Shown here: one piece after another, positions 1-13,213 of the stretch
Layout of the letters: every line of letters begins with the position of its first letter
How positions within the stretch are numbered: the stretch's first letter is position 1
NCBI RefSeq assembly: GCF_001194135.2
Contig: NC_068986.1
Coordinates: 74,067,884-74,131,883, forward strand
Direction: 5' to 3'
Length of the DNA stretch: 64,000 nucleotides
Source of the DNA: Octopus bimaculoides
Lineage: Eukaryota
Translations under genes and position numbers: made by a program
Notes under the pieces: model-generated
Told to the model about the DNA's origin: nothing
The model's input: the letters and a program-made list of their open reading frames with translations, nothing else
Databases searched by the model: none

Positions 1-149
1 ACATACATCATACATACATGCATACATACATACATACATACATACCTACACACATACATACACACATACATACATACATACATACATGCATAAGGGCAGA
101 TGGATGAACAGACAGACAGACAGACAAACAGATGTGTGTGTGAATGACT

Positions 150-358
150 TTGTGTTTGCATTATGTTTGTCCTTCACCACTGCTTGACAACTGGTATTGG
201 TTTGTTCAATCCTCATAACATACTGGTTCTGCAAAAAGAAACTGATAAAATAGGTCCCAGGCTTACAAATAAGCACTCATAGATTGATATGTTTGACTAA
301 ACCCTTCAAGGCAGTGCTCCAGTATGGCTGCAGTCCAATGACTGAAACAAGCAAAAGG
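150..358 (+). mobile_element. 3' half of abundant tRNA-derived SINE (family A)
   Basis: GCTTGACAACTGG...AGAACTGATAAAATAGG...CTCCAGTATGGCTGCAGTCCAATGACTGAAACAAG matches the tail of the full copy at 5686-6075; similar tails at 5470-5675, 43800-43960, 48545-48720. Confidence 0.85.
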
Positions 359-564
359 CATTCAATGTAGTCACCAACAACTTATAAAATCTTTTTTTAA
401 AACTTTTTTGCTCTTTCTTGGAAACCAAATGACTAAACGTTGTTAATGGGTTCTTTCATAGCTTATAAATAATATTCTATCTTTCAGTAGTTTTCTGACT
501 CGGTATGATCTCTTAAATACATGCATGCACATATATGTTTGTATGTGCTGATCTATCTCTAACT

Positions 565-965
565 GTGGAGGAAACCTGTGGAAGTGGTAGACCCAAAAAG
601 ACATGGGACGAGGTGGTGAAACATGATCTTCGAACATTAAGCCTCACAGAGGTGATGACAAGTGATTGAAATCTTTGGCAATATACTGTGTTTGAGAAGA
701 TTTGTCAAGATTTGTGGTAGATGCTGGTGTCACGTGACCAACACTCGTGCTGGTGGCACATAAAAGCACCGGTGCTGGTGGCACATAAAAAGCATCCATT
801 ACACTCTTGGAGTGGTTGGTGTTAGGAAGGGCATCAAGCTGTAGAAACCATGCCAAATCAGTCTGGAACTTGATGCAGCTCTCCAGCTTACCAGTTCCAG
901 TCAAGCAATCTAACCCAAGCCAGCATGGAAAGCAGACGCTAAATGATGATGATGATGATGATGAT
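565..965 (+). mobile_element. RTE-clade LINE 3' end (RT C-terminus, 3' UTR, (GAT)n tail)
   Basis: Translates as SLTVEETCGSGRPKKTWDEVVKHDLRTLSLTEVMTSD*NLWQYTVFEK, an RTE-type ORF end (GRPxKTW motif), then UTR TAGGAAGGGCATC...CAGCATGGAAAGCAGACGCTAAATGATGATGAT. Confidence 0.85.
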
Positions 966-1130
966 GATAGATGTATGTATGTACATATGTATTTAACGAA
1001 GTAGAAGAAGAGTTAAAAACACATCCATATTGACATTAAAATAACACACATGATAATTAGTAAAAAATAAAATATTTTTATTACAATATCGACTGGACAT
1101 AGAGGACAAATGATATTTATTTCTTTGAGA

Positions 1131-1161
<31 letters not shown>

Positions 1162-2189
1162 TCATTTTACAATAAAATCATTGAGAAAGCCACTTAGAGA
1201 CCATAGTGTTTTTAATGAACAAGACAACAATTAGAATTAATTGCATATTTTGACAGCTCCACTTATAGATTAGACAAGTATAGTGTGAATCAGTTCTTCC
1301 ATATCATCTATGAATACTGTCTCTTTCTCTTTCTCTCTCCCCCCCTCTCTCTCTCTCTCTATCTATCTGTATACATATATATATATATATACATTATGGA
1401 AAATGGATGTTAAACGATGATGGTACACATGCACACACTCTCATATATATCCAATATACTTCGTTGACAGGCAAGTTATTGAAGTGTTCATTTGAGTTAC
1501 CATCTCTTATGAAGTACCCTGTGTTTAAAATCTACTATTTACGTTGGATGGTGATGAAAAGTTATCCAAGTAGTGACTGACGAGAACATTAGATACGTTT
1601 TAGCCTAGTTGGGCCTTGTCAATAATACATTCTCACTGCCAACCACATACCCAGTTGAGATTTGCTGCTGTCACCAATATAAGAAGCAGAGAATAAAGCA
1701 TTCACTGGTACTGTGAATAGTTTGCCTGGCTGAATAAAAATTCAGTTTATGCAATTGAAGCAAAGTAGTATCAAATTAAAATAGCCATCTATGTATCATA
1801 CTTAATGTATATACATTGTTGGGAGACAAATAATTGTGGTATTCATCTGTGATAACATCTCTAATGGAAGTTCTATGTTTAAAAACAATATATTAGTGGG
1901 AGATGAGAAATCATTCCAGCAGCAGGTAATGAGAGTACCAGATTCATTTGGCCTATCACTGAAGTGTTTGGGTCTTATCATTCTGGGTCTTATCAATGAT
2001 GTGTACTCACAGCTAGCCATGTGGTTAGATGAGATTTGTCGCTTCTAACATAGCAAATGGTGAATAAACACCCTTCGTTCTTAACCAAAATATATTTAAA
2101 TTTACCTCTGCACATTAGATCTATTAATTTAAATATTCTCTCCTCTACAAGTTTTTAAATCTAAATAGAAAAGTTATATGCATGCATTA

Positions 2190-2403
2190 CTCTTTTACTC
2201 TTTTACTTGTTTCAGTCTTTTGACTGTGGCCATGCTGGAGCACCGCCTTTAGTCGAGCAAATCGACCCTAGGACTTATTCTTTGGAGGCCTAGTACTTAT
2301 TCTATCGGTTTCTTTTGCTGAACCACTAAGTTACGGGGACGTAAGCACATCAGCATCGGTTGTCAAGCGATGTTGGGGGGACAAACACATGCACACAAAC
2401 ACA

Positions 2404-2453
<50 letters not shown>

Positions 2454-2632
2454 CATATATATATACATATATACGATGGGCTTCTTTTCAGTTTCCGTCT
2501 ACCAAATCCACTCACAAGGCTTTGGTCGGCCTGAGGCTATAGTAGAAGACACTTGCCCAGGATGCCACACAGTGGGACTGAACCCAGAACCATGTGGTTG
2601 GTAAGCAAGCTACTTACCACACAGCCACTCCT
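2190..2632 (-). mobile_element. Full-length SINE family A with internal (CA)n/(TA)n
   Basis: Reverse complement of the 5686-6075 copy: head GGAGTGGCTGTGTGGTAAGTAGCTTGCTTACCAACCACATGGTTCTGGGTTCAGTCCC with A/B-box-like motifs, central microsatellite, tail ...ACTGAAACAAGTAAAAGAG. Confidence 0.9.
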
Positions 2633-3284
2633 ATGCCTATACATTGTCCTAATTACTTTCATATCCTTAAGTTTTCCTAAAATATTCCAAATTCCATAAT
2701 AAACAAACCCTGATATTTTAGTAACTAGCTTCACAGTAGTTAATAAAGATGCTCTAGTAACACTTAATGCTTTGTTTACTGAAGTTGCTATTTGTCTATT
2801 TACTTTTCTTTACTTCAGCTTTTATAAGGTATCTTTGTGTAACTTGGTTCAAAAAATATTTTAGAATACAACAGTTCTTTTCTTTGATATAATTACCATT
2901 CAGCTCTTCAGTTTTAACATTTAACCCTTAAATGGTGGACATCTTCAGTTGGTATTTCATTAGAGAACAGCAGATGTCATCAGTTAAGCATTTACTTTGT
3001 CAAAGGTGTCTAAGTACATGTAGCCTCAATCAATGGGATAAATCAAATCGCAAATGGAAGATTTATGCAGTAATGAAAAAGTTTTTTTCTGACTTTCTTA
3101 TCAGATGTCGTAGATTGATGATAATGATGCTTGAACTAGCTTTGAGTGGAGAAAGTACTCCAATTTTTGTCCATTTGTACATTCATTTCACATTCATTTG
3201 TACATTCATTTGACAATAACAATGTGGGAATCTCAAATGATTTTATGCTCACACTAAATGAAAAGAAAAGTGAATATTTTATGG

Positions 3285-3505
3285 CACTAAGGTGGTGAGC
3301 TGGCGGAATTGTTACTACACTGGGCAAAATGCTTAGCAGCATTTGATCTGTCTTTGCATTCTAAGTTCAAATTTTGCTGAGGTTGACTTTGCCTTTCATC
3401 CTTTCAGGGTCAATAAAGTAAGTATCAGTGAAACACTGGGATTGAAGTAATCGACTTAACCACTCCTCAGAATTTGCTGGCCTAGTGCTAAAATTTGAAA
3501 CCAAT
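3285..3505 (+). mobile_element. tRNA-derived SINE family B with Nin/Deu-like central domain
   Basis: Head AAGGTGGTGAGCTGGCGGAATTGTTA...AGTTCAAATT, then GACTTTGCCTTTCATCCTTTCAGGGTCAATAAA..AAGTA resembling the Deu/Nin SINE domain. Related copies near 10080-10230, 28870-29050, 29430-29600, 31225-31350, 32810-32960, 36720-36845, 48262-48422, 50940-51105, 55680-55820, 60540-60700. Confidence 0.8.
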
Positions 3506-4369
3506 ATTTTATGGCACTGTTAAATAATGAGATTGTAAATTTTATTTGTGTGAGGGCTTAACATTTATTATAGTATTTTTGTATTTATTTAAAGTGAAAT
3601 AAAGAATAAAAATTACCCTAAGGAAAAAGAGGTATTTGTTTTTGTCTTTAGCCCATTTAGTACACACATTCATGTTATCCTTTCCTGCCTTTTAAGGGTT
3701 AATCTCTCTTTGTCTTGATCTCTTCAGTACCTGATATTTTTTTACTATCAAATGTGTTATTCCAATTCCTTGGCCACTGTTATTCCAATTCCTTGGCCAA
3801 TACTTTCACATAAGATATTTTACTCACAGTTACAAAATTACTGTTCACCAGCACTTTATTGTTTTTTATTCAACTCACTTAGGTATTGTCTCTAAATTCT
3901 ATTTATTAAAGACTGAATCTTTTATGCCATTAAGTGCCAACTCTTTAATCTTTCTATTAATGATGTTAGTTACCTTCGATTTCTGTTCTTCAAAATAAAA
4001 ATCTAGTATTTAACACTAAGTTTTATCCACAAAACTTCCTACTGATTCTTAGAACAAAACATGTAATTTAAAACTTACAACTATTTCAGATTCCATATAT
4101 TTTGTTGCTTTCATCATCAACATGCGTAAGTCCTTAATTTCTTATTATGAATTACATTTAAGTCCTCTGCATAAACATGCCCTTATTCTTCATTGCAAAA
4201 ACCAGGAGTTTGACAGTCATATGAACTTAGACAAATCTCTTTGAAATTTTCCATGTCTAGCCTAGATATGCATTTATTTTAATTAAGTGCCATTGACATG
4301 TGAATGGCACCCATGCATTGTAATCATAGTTGTTGCTGGGGCCATGTAAATGGTACCTGTGAATCATAG

Positions 4370-4512
4370 TCGTGGTCGTTGTAGGAAGGGCATCCAGCTG
4401 TAGAAGCCATGCCAAATCAGATTGGAACCTGGTGCAGCTCTCCGGCTTATCAGCTCCTGTCAAGCCATCTAACCCATGCCAGTATGGAAAGCAGTCATTA
4501 AAGGATGATGAT
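4370..4512 (+). mobile_element. RTE 3' UTR-derived short repeat
   Basis: GTAGGAAGGGCATCCAGCTGTAGAAGCCATGCCAAATCAG...CCATGCCAGTATGGAAAGCAG, same as the UTR of the 565-965 element. Confidence 0.8.
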
Positions 4513-5685
4513 TTCCTATCGATCCATTGGTTGATATGAATGACTAACACATTAATTTCAATTCTTGAACTTGTAGATGACTCTGTATATTCTTATTCTT
4601 AAAAATTGTGTTTAATTGCATATTAACTATAGATTCATCAACGAAAGGCACTGTTATAAATTTTTTCTAAACCTTTTTGGCCTAATCCTTTACATCATTA
4701 AATAGATGACTGCAAAAACCATTAATTAAAAAAATGAGCAACTATAATGTTATTAACACATATGCTTTTTAATCTTTCAAATATTCTAAATGAATACAAT
4801 CTCAGCAAAACATAGCATTCATACAACTTCCCTTTTGTATAGAATCCATTAGGCCCCTTCTACATTATCTGTAAATCTTTACACATTTTTTTACTATCAT
4901 TCATTCTCTTACCATGGCTATGTTGCTTTCTTACAATTAGCTGTAAAAAAAAAAATGAACAGTATTTCCCTTTTCACTACATAACATTATTTCAGCCCTC
5001 TTAACCTTATCATTTAAGCCCAAAAGCTATAAACTTCAGTGTCCTAACCTCAAAATGTTCTCTTTCCCACAGTGTTTGCTCAGTTGAGTTAGCTTTACCT
5101 GACACCTGATCAATTATCTGTATCCATCACCACTTGAATCCTTCATCATGTTTCTGGAAACATTCATAAATATACTGAAACCTAGCTAACTTACTTAGCT
5201 GCCTGCCTATGACCATTGAGACAGTGATATAAAGCTTGAGTAGTTTGACCAATGTATGTACTCCACATTTACTACAATATAACCATAAAGTAATAAGACC
5301 TCATTTGTAATGAACATTTTAGCAGTTATGTGACTGGTTAAAACCTTAATGCATCCCAAAACTTCACAATGTATACACTTGCATGCATCACATTATCCAA
5401 CCACACTATTACATTTATTCATATATGCATGTGTACATGTGTGTGTGTGTATGTAAACATGTGTATGTGTGTCTTTGTGCATGTATTTATCTCCCCCCAC
5501 TACCACTTGATAACTGGTGTTGGTGTGTTTAATTCCTTGTAACTTAGCAGTTCAGCAAAACAGAAATTCATAGAATAAGTAAGTACTAGGCTGGAAAATA
5601 ACTACTGAGCTTGATTTGTTTCAATAAACCCTTCAAGAATATGCCCCGGAATGTGCATAGTCCAATGTGTGAAACAAGTAAAAGA

Positions 5686-6075
5686 GGAGTGGCTGTGTGG
5701 TAAATAGCTTGCTTACCAACCACATGGTTCCGGGTTCATTCCCACTGCGTGGCACCTTCGGCAAGTGTCTTCTACTATAGCCTCGAACCGACTAAAGCCT
5801 TGTGAGTGGATTTGGCAGACGGAAACTGAAAGAAGCCTGTCGTATATATGTATATGTATATATATGTGTGTTTTTGTGTGTGTGTGTTTGTCCCCCCAAC
5901 ATCGCTTGACAACTGATGCTGGTGTGTTTACATCCCTGTAACTTAGCGGTTCGGCAAAAGAGACCGATAGAATAAGTACTAGGCTTCCAAAGAATAAGTC
6001 CTGGGGTCGATTTGCTCGACTAAAGGCGGTGCTCCAGCATGGCCGCAGTCAAATGACTGAAACAAGTAAAAGAGT
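5686..6075 (+). mobile_element. Full-length, little-diverged SINE family A
   Basis: GGAGTGGCTGTGTGGTAAATAGCTTGCTTACCAACCACATGGTTCCGGGTTCATTCCC head, central TA/TG microsatellite, tail GGCGGTGCTCCAGCATGGCCGCAGTCAAATGACTGAAACAAGTAAAAGAG; CpGs largely retained. Confidence 0.9.
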
Positions 6076-7984
6076 ATATAAGACAGCAGGAATTGGAAAA
6101 CCCCCTTGTTAAAAACTCAGTGAAGCTAAAAATAGATTGGTCAGCCAAAATAAAAAGTAGGCCATCAGCTAAGTATTAGACTGTTTACAAATGTATTATT
6201 CACAGATGGCATTACTTTAGGCGTTGTTTAGAGGAGTTTCTTTTTCAATTTTTCAACCATGAAGCTCACCACACCCAAACACTTCCGGAGTGAAAAGAAA
6301 CAAAGGCACTGATTGTTTACAACTGATGGCGTATTGCAAAGTATAGAACCCCTTTTTAGTTGAAGATGAAAGATTTCAAGTGGAAATTAAGAAATGTCTC
6401 AAGAGAGGGACCACGTTTCTCAATCAGCTGACAGTAGTGGTGATGTAATGTTGGTATTGTATTTACACATTTACCATTTCCAAGTAAAATCTTCAATTCA
6501 TATATATATATATATATGTATATATTGACTATATATATANNNNNNNNNNNNNNNNNNNNNNNNNNNNNNNNNNNNNNNNNNNNNNNNNNNNNNNNNNNNN
6601 NNNNNNNNNNATATATATTTATTTAAGCACTTTTCAATCAGTCTGTCTACATTTGATGTGTGTGCGTTTTAATGTTCTGGGCATGGAGCTCAGGTAGAAA
6701 CATCACCGTAATCATTATTGTTGTTGTTGTAATCGTCGTCATCATCATCGTCATCATCATCAAACATTCGTTTTCCACACTGGCATGGGTTGGACTAAGA
6801 CACTTTGTTAAAAGGTTTAGTAATAAAAAAGAAAAACAATAAAAATGTAATTTAACACACACACACACACACACACACCGACACACATGTATGCATGTTT
6901 GTATGTATATGCATGCATATTTATGTGAATGTATATTCTTATGTATTGTATATATAGGAATGTATAACGTATAAATCAATTTCTGTAACTCTGAATACAT
7001 ATACGTATTTATATATATATTTGTTCCTGTCTGCCTGTCTTGGTAGAACCTTACATCCTCTCACAGAACAGAGAAGCTTGCACATACATACACACACACA
7101 CATACATACATACATACACACAGACATACATACATACATACATGCTTACATACATACATACATATATGGGACAAAAGTTCCTTATTTATCATTAGTAACA
7201 GCTTAAGGTGGACAAGGAATCCAAATATAGTGCTTGCAGGGTGGAGAGTAGAGATATGAGTGATAATGTGAGAGTGGGAGGTGGGGGGAGGGGTTCTTGC
7301 TTTTGGCGGGTGTATGTGTGTGTGTGTGGTTTTTTTTTTTTTGCAAGACTATCAGGATATATCTATGACACAGATGAAGGAAGCATATACCCAGACTAGC
7401 TGCTAGTGGCAAGAAAACTTTGTCTTAGTGACTCTCTCTCTCTCTCTGCTCCTCTCTCTATCTTCTCTCCTGCCCTTTTCTTTCTCTTTTTCTCTCTCTC
7501 TCTCTTACACACACACATACACACACACAAATACACAAACATATTCACTTTCTCTTTCTCACAATGAAGTTTCTCAGTGTAATGTTTTGAGAAGGCTCTG
7601 CTTAAATACTTTGGAACAGCATATTCCTGTCTGTGCCGGCTTGTCACCACCGCTGCTAACATCATAATAACCATTCCTCAAAACTTTACCACCATCACCA
7701 CCAGCACCATCTCTGGCACCAGCAACATTAAATCTAGTGAAGACAGTAAGACCAGAAAACATGGGTTCCAAGAAAGCAAACAATACCATTGACCTTAAAA
7801 ACACAATTGTTTTGAAAAGTTCACACTCAGTCAAAGACTCACATATGTAAAATGTAAATATAACTATTTGTTTATAAATTTATGTAAAAAAATAATCTGA
7901 TTTAACACACATACAGGCGACCATAATGTCATATGAAAACACATGTAATCTATCCAACTCTCTTGCTAACACACACACATAAGC

Positions 7985-8190
7985 ATGCTTAACTACACAC
8001 ACACACATGCACACACACACACATGCACACACACACACATGCACATACACACACACATGCACACACACACATGCACACACACACACATGCACACACACAC
8101 ACATGCACACACACACACATGCACACACACACACATGCACATACACACACACATGCACACACACACATGCACACACACACACACATTTGT
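7985..8190. repeat. Compound (CA)n-TG minisatellite, units of about 14-18 bp
   Basis: Repeated CACACACACACACATG with the variant CACATACACACACACATG recurring about 96 bp apart. Confidence 0.9.
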
Positions 8191-8528
8191 TATGTAATGC
8201 ATATACATACTAGATTTATATTTTTGCATGGTTCTGTTGCATCTATATTAAATTGTTTCTATGTGTGTGTGTGTTTATGTAGATACGTGTGTGTGTGTGC
8301 ATGTTTACTATGTATTGTGTGGCACGTGTGTGTATGTGTGAATGTACATAGACATGTGTATATATGATTATAGACAGGTGTCTATATATATGCATGGTAT
8401 GTATGTGTGCGTGTATACATATATATAAATGTGTGTGTGCGTGTGTATATAAATATGTATTGTGTATGTAAATATATATATATATATATATATACGTACA
8501 TACATACGTGTATGTATGTACGTGTGTA

Positions 8529-8594
<66 letters not shown>

Positions 8595-8748
8595 CATACA
8601 CACTTATCATCATCATCAGTATCATCAAATGATGCTGCTGATGATGATGATGGGGATAAATAAACCCAAATGCAAATTTATGTGCACGTGTGTGTGTGTA
8701 TATATGCACATGTAGATATATGTACATATGCATGTGTATGTTTCTCTG

Positions 8749-8799
<51 letters not shown>

Positions 8800-9340
8800 A
8801 GAATCCACGCCCCAAATGGAATGAGAGAGCGAGATGTGGTACTCAACCATCTAAGAGGGCACTAACTCCAAATGAGAATGGACTTGAACTGTGGTGGACC
8901 ATCCAGCTTTAGCCAGTACGGACAAACCACACACACACTTTTTCTCTCTCTCTCTCTCTCTCCCCCCCCTCTCTCTCTCTCTCTTTCCTTCTCTTTCTCT
9001 ATTTTTCTCTTCTGTATTAGAATAAAATATCTATAACTATCGTTATGTGTATCAATAAGAAAGATAGAGGAAGTGAGAGGTGGGTGGAGGTATATCTATG
9101 CTGCAGTAATGCTTATTGAATGTTAAACACATAAACACAAACACACATGCAAATTACATCTTACTCCTATATACATGTTTGAATATACATTATCGTCGTC
9201 GGTCTTATACTCTTATGTACATGTTAAATGCTACATTATCATTGTCGTCGTCATCATCATCACCATCATCAATTGCATCATTTTATGTCTATTTTCCATG
9301 CTGACATGTATACACAAATATAAAATATATTGAATATTTA

Positions 9341-9372
<32 letters not shown>

Positions 9373-9915
9373 GCATGCACATACAACACATACATATGCA
9401 TGTACATTGAAAAACATCCATGTTTACATATATTGCATGTTACACACATGTGCATGCACACATACACACACGTGAGCATGTGTATACACACACACATGTA
9501 AGCATGTTCACACATGCATGTAAGCATGCACACATAACACATACACATATAAATGTACACAGACAACCATATTTACATGTATTGCATGCTATACATGTGC
9601 ATGCAACCCCCCCACACACACACACACACATGCACGCATGTGCACACACACACACACACACATACAGACACAAGCATCTATTTGTTGTACATATTTGCTT
9701 CTTCTGACATCCATCTCCACTTAGGTAACTTCTGGGTTTCTGTCTGATTCCCCATTTCTGACATGTGTAGGTGCGTAAGCGTATGTGTGTGTAGGTGTGT
9801 TGTGTGTTGAGTATGTGTGTGGTATAACAGCAGGATGGATTATAAGTCTTGATATATGCACTTTGTGCATTTTCACATGTACTACTACTACTACTACGAT
9901 TACTACTACTACAAT

Positions 9916-9968
<53 letters not shown>

Positions 9969-10254
9969 GTAACTACTACTACTACTATTACATAAATTAT
10001 AATATTCCTTTCTACCATAGGCACACAAGGCTTGAAATTTACATTGTTTATGTTGATCTGAGTACTCAATTAGTTACTTACTTCATTGATCCTCCCCCCC
10101 ACTCCTCAAAAAGAGGATAGAAGGCAAAGTTAGCCTTGGTGGAAATTGAACTCAGAATATAAAACCGGAAGAAATGCTGCTTAGCCTTTTGTATGGCATG
10201 TTAATGATTCTGCCTGCTCACCACCTTAATTATAATAATAATAATTAATGCCCT

Positions 10255-10830
10255 GATGCAGTACCAGGCAGTGGCTCTCATGGCTTCTGATCTTAACTGA
10301 TTGGAAGTGTTATCATGTACATTGTTTTGTCTTGGTATAAAAGATGAGCCACAGCAAATATTCTGCTCAATATACACATTTGTTTGTCAGTTGCTTAACC
10401 TTGACTAGTTGAGCATGTCCCTTAATGGCTGACAATATGTGCATCTCTGATCATGAGCAGAAGTAGTGGGGGAGCATCATGGCTGTGTTGAGAGGAATTC
10501 TTTGTGGTTTGAATAATTCACCTCTGGAAACATGGGTGTTTTGTTTAACATCCTTAAACAACCCTTATTCAGGACCTTTTGAGCAGGATGGGCTATTCGA
10601 CCAGCTGAAAATTTTAACTGGGCCCTGCCTGCAAGGTCATGCGTGGTTTATTTTGATATGAGATCACTATGTCGTGCACATATGGTTGTGGTGCAAGAGC
10701 CTGGTGTATCCTTATCATTTTGGTAGTCATGATGGGTATACTGGGCTTCGTATATTTTACCCCAGTGTCACTTTGATGGCATGCACTGCTCTCTCACTCA
10801 ATGATAATAATAATAATAATAATAATTTCT
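10255..10830 (+). mobile_element. About 570-bp interspersed repeat ending in (AAT)n (family E)
   Basis: TGATGCAGTACCAGGCAGTGGCTCTCATGG...GCACTGCTCTCTCACTCAATGATAATAAT; homologous copies at 29105-29430 (+, 5' part) and 55850-56350 (-). Confidence 0.85.
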
Positions 10831-11274
10831 ACTATTGGTACAAAGTCTGTGCTTAAAAACAGAAACCTATTGCTCTTCTGCTATGACCCTCTAAGTCCCT
10901 CCTACTCATTGTCTTTATGACTGTGTGTTTCTATGTACTCAATATAACTTTGTTAACAACTGTGATGAAACGACCAGTAGTATTTTCTCTTAATGATAGA
11001 CTTCCATAAATTTTTTGCACATATGATCCAGTATATTGAGTGATACAACAATTTCCAGCTATTATTGAAATGGCCATAACAGATTAATGAATGTGGTACC
11101 ACCATCTTTATTCCTTTGATTATTTTATTTCATATTCTGCCACAGTTGATCATTTCCACGATGTTCAGGTTGGATTTACCAGAAAACTCTTTGTCTCTTT
11201 ACATCCTCTTAGGCATGATTTTGCACTGAGTACTGCTTGAGGTATTTGACTGCATTTCCTGAATCCCTCTTTCT

Positions 11275-11314
<40 letters not shown>

Positions 11315-11864
11315 AAGTGTAAAGTATTATGTATCCATTACGGCTGATCTTACCAATCTGTTTTGCAGTAGGGGTTCAACTGAGTGTTAGGTAACAGTCC
11401 GATTACATAACCCTGCAGCCATCAGAGGTAGCCATTATGGAATGAAATATGGCAGCTGCTCTCTGCTGTTGGAGATGCATAGATACATCCAGTTTGTGGT
11501 TCCTGTGAAAAAGATGATGAAATGAATTGTGCACGGGGTTGATTTAAGAGTTATGTCCCTTGGTACCAAAACATTGTTTCGTGTATGTTTATGTACTCAC
11601 ACACACACACACACATACACACACACACACACAAGATTAAGGAATGGAGTAGATAAGATCTGGGCTATATATGTTTCATAGTGAGTGGAACCTCGGAAGT
11701 GGTAAATACCCAAGTGAGATGTATACCACAGGCTACTCTTCAGGCCAAGGATATTTTGACTAAATGAAAGTTTTTGTATTTACTATGGATTGCTTGAAGC
11801 TAACTTTCTTCCTACACCTCAATCCTTGGATCTATATTTATACCATTTCAAGTGAGATCGTTGC

Positions 11865-12150
11865 CAGTGCTGATGGACTGGCTCCTGTGCAGGTGGCACG
11901 TAGAATACACCATTTCGAGCGTGGCTGTCACCAGTACCGCCTGACTGGCCCTCGTGCCGGTGGCACGTAAAAGCACCCACTACACTCTCGGAGTGGGTGG
12001 CGTTAGGAAGGGCATCCCGCTGTAGAAACTCTGCCAAATCAGTTTGGAGCCTGGTGTCACCTCCTGGTCCACCAGTCCTCAGTCAAATCGTCCAACCCAT
12101 GCTAGCATGGAAAGCGGACATTAAACGACGATGATGATGATGATGATGAT
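11865..12150 (+). mobile_element. RTE 3' UTR-derived element with (GAT)n tail
   Basis: GGTGGCACGTAAAAGCACCCACTACACTCTCGGAGTGG...CCATGCTAGCATGGAAAGCGGACATTAAACGACGATGATGAT. Confidence 0.85.
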
Positions 12151-12499
12151 ATATATCAAAGCAGAAATGAAAAAGCAAACAGTTTGGCAAGATTTGAAAA
12201 GGGCACTTAATCTAGCTGCTAGAGGCTATATAATAAAAAAGATTTACATATTCTCTAGCAGCTGTTTCTAGCATATCCCAGCTATTGGAACAACATGTTG
12301 AGCAAGGATTCCACAGGTCAAGTATACTGTCAGCAGAGAGAGATAGGTTAAACATATTTAACAGTAGAAGAATACTACTCATCCATGATATTACTGTGGT
12401 TCATTTCCTCAAGAAAGCAAGAAGAAGTCTAATTTTCTTTATTTGTTCATGGATTTACCTAATGAATGCCTGTTTTAATTGGATTTAATTAGATCTGAT

Positions 12500-12932
12500 T
12501 CATGCAGTCATACATAAGGCCTTCCAGTAGCAACCCTCTCCAGCCAGAGTTTAACCACAGTCTCCACCAGCTTCAAATAGTCACCTGAATTGAATATAAG
12601 GCCCTGCTCATCAGTTGTTGGATGAATTCCAATATGTAGACACAGCCAGAATTCCTGCCTTGACCCTCCCTTCTGGCCACAGCCTTTTAGTTTCTCTTGC
12701 AGTAGTCATGATGTCAACACTTTGGTACCTGGCATGAATCATCATGATAGAGCTAACGCTTGGCCAGTATCCAGTTGGTTTCAAGTCCTCCATGTCAGCT
12801 AACATTTTCTCAACTACAACTTTAATTTTTATGCTCTGAAGATTAATTGGTAACTGTTCGCCAATACATCAAACTGTTCCTGGAAAAGAAGAAATAAAAA
12901 AAATCAGTAAAATTTAGCCTGAACACCCTGTA
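12500..12932 (-). mobile_element. Degenerate Tc1/mariner (DD37D/maT-like) relic with one TIR
   Basis: Minus strand gives EQGLIFNSGDYLKLVETVVKLWLERVATGRPYV*LHES, resembling the PWLERVAAGRPYVWQQD region of maT-type transposases; terminus TA-CAGGGTGTTCAGGCTAAATTT at 12932. Confidence 0.7.
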
Positions 12933-13054
12933 TAATATACTATAGAACTTATCTATAGGTTTATTAGCCAACACTGTATTTTACAACGAAGGCAAACAAT
13001 ATGTCTATAGCAACTATTGCAATGAAACAGAACACTGTAAATGTGACAGTAGCT

Positions 13055-13213
<159 letters not shown>

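Noticed and set aside
1802-2048. Overlapping 70-72 aa ORFs on both strands in unique sequence
   Set aside because: No recognisable motif and no consistent splice or phase chain with neighbouring candidates.
3136-3256. Possible terminal exon VSIKSFEIPTLLLSNEC...STQS* after a good minus-strand acceptor
   Set aside because: No linked upstream exon; contains a short internal tandem duplication; no homology recognised.
7574-7834. 86-aa ORF with a Gly-rich stretch
   Set aside because: The Gly/Asp run comes from a decayed (ACC/ATC)n repeat.
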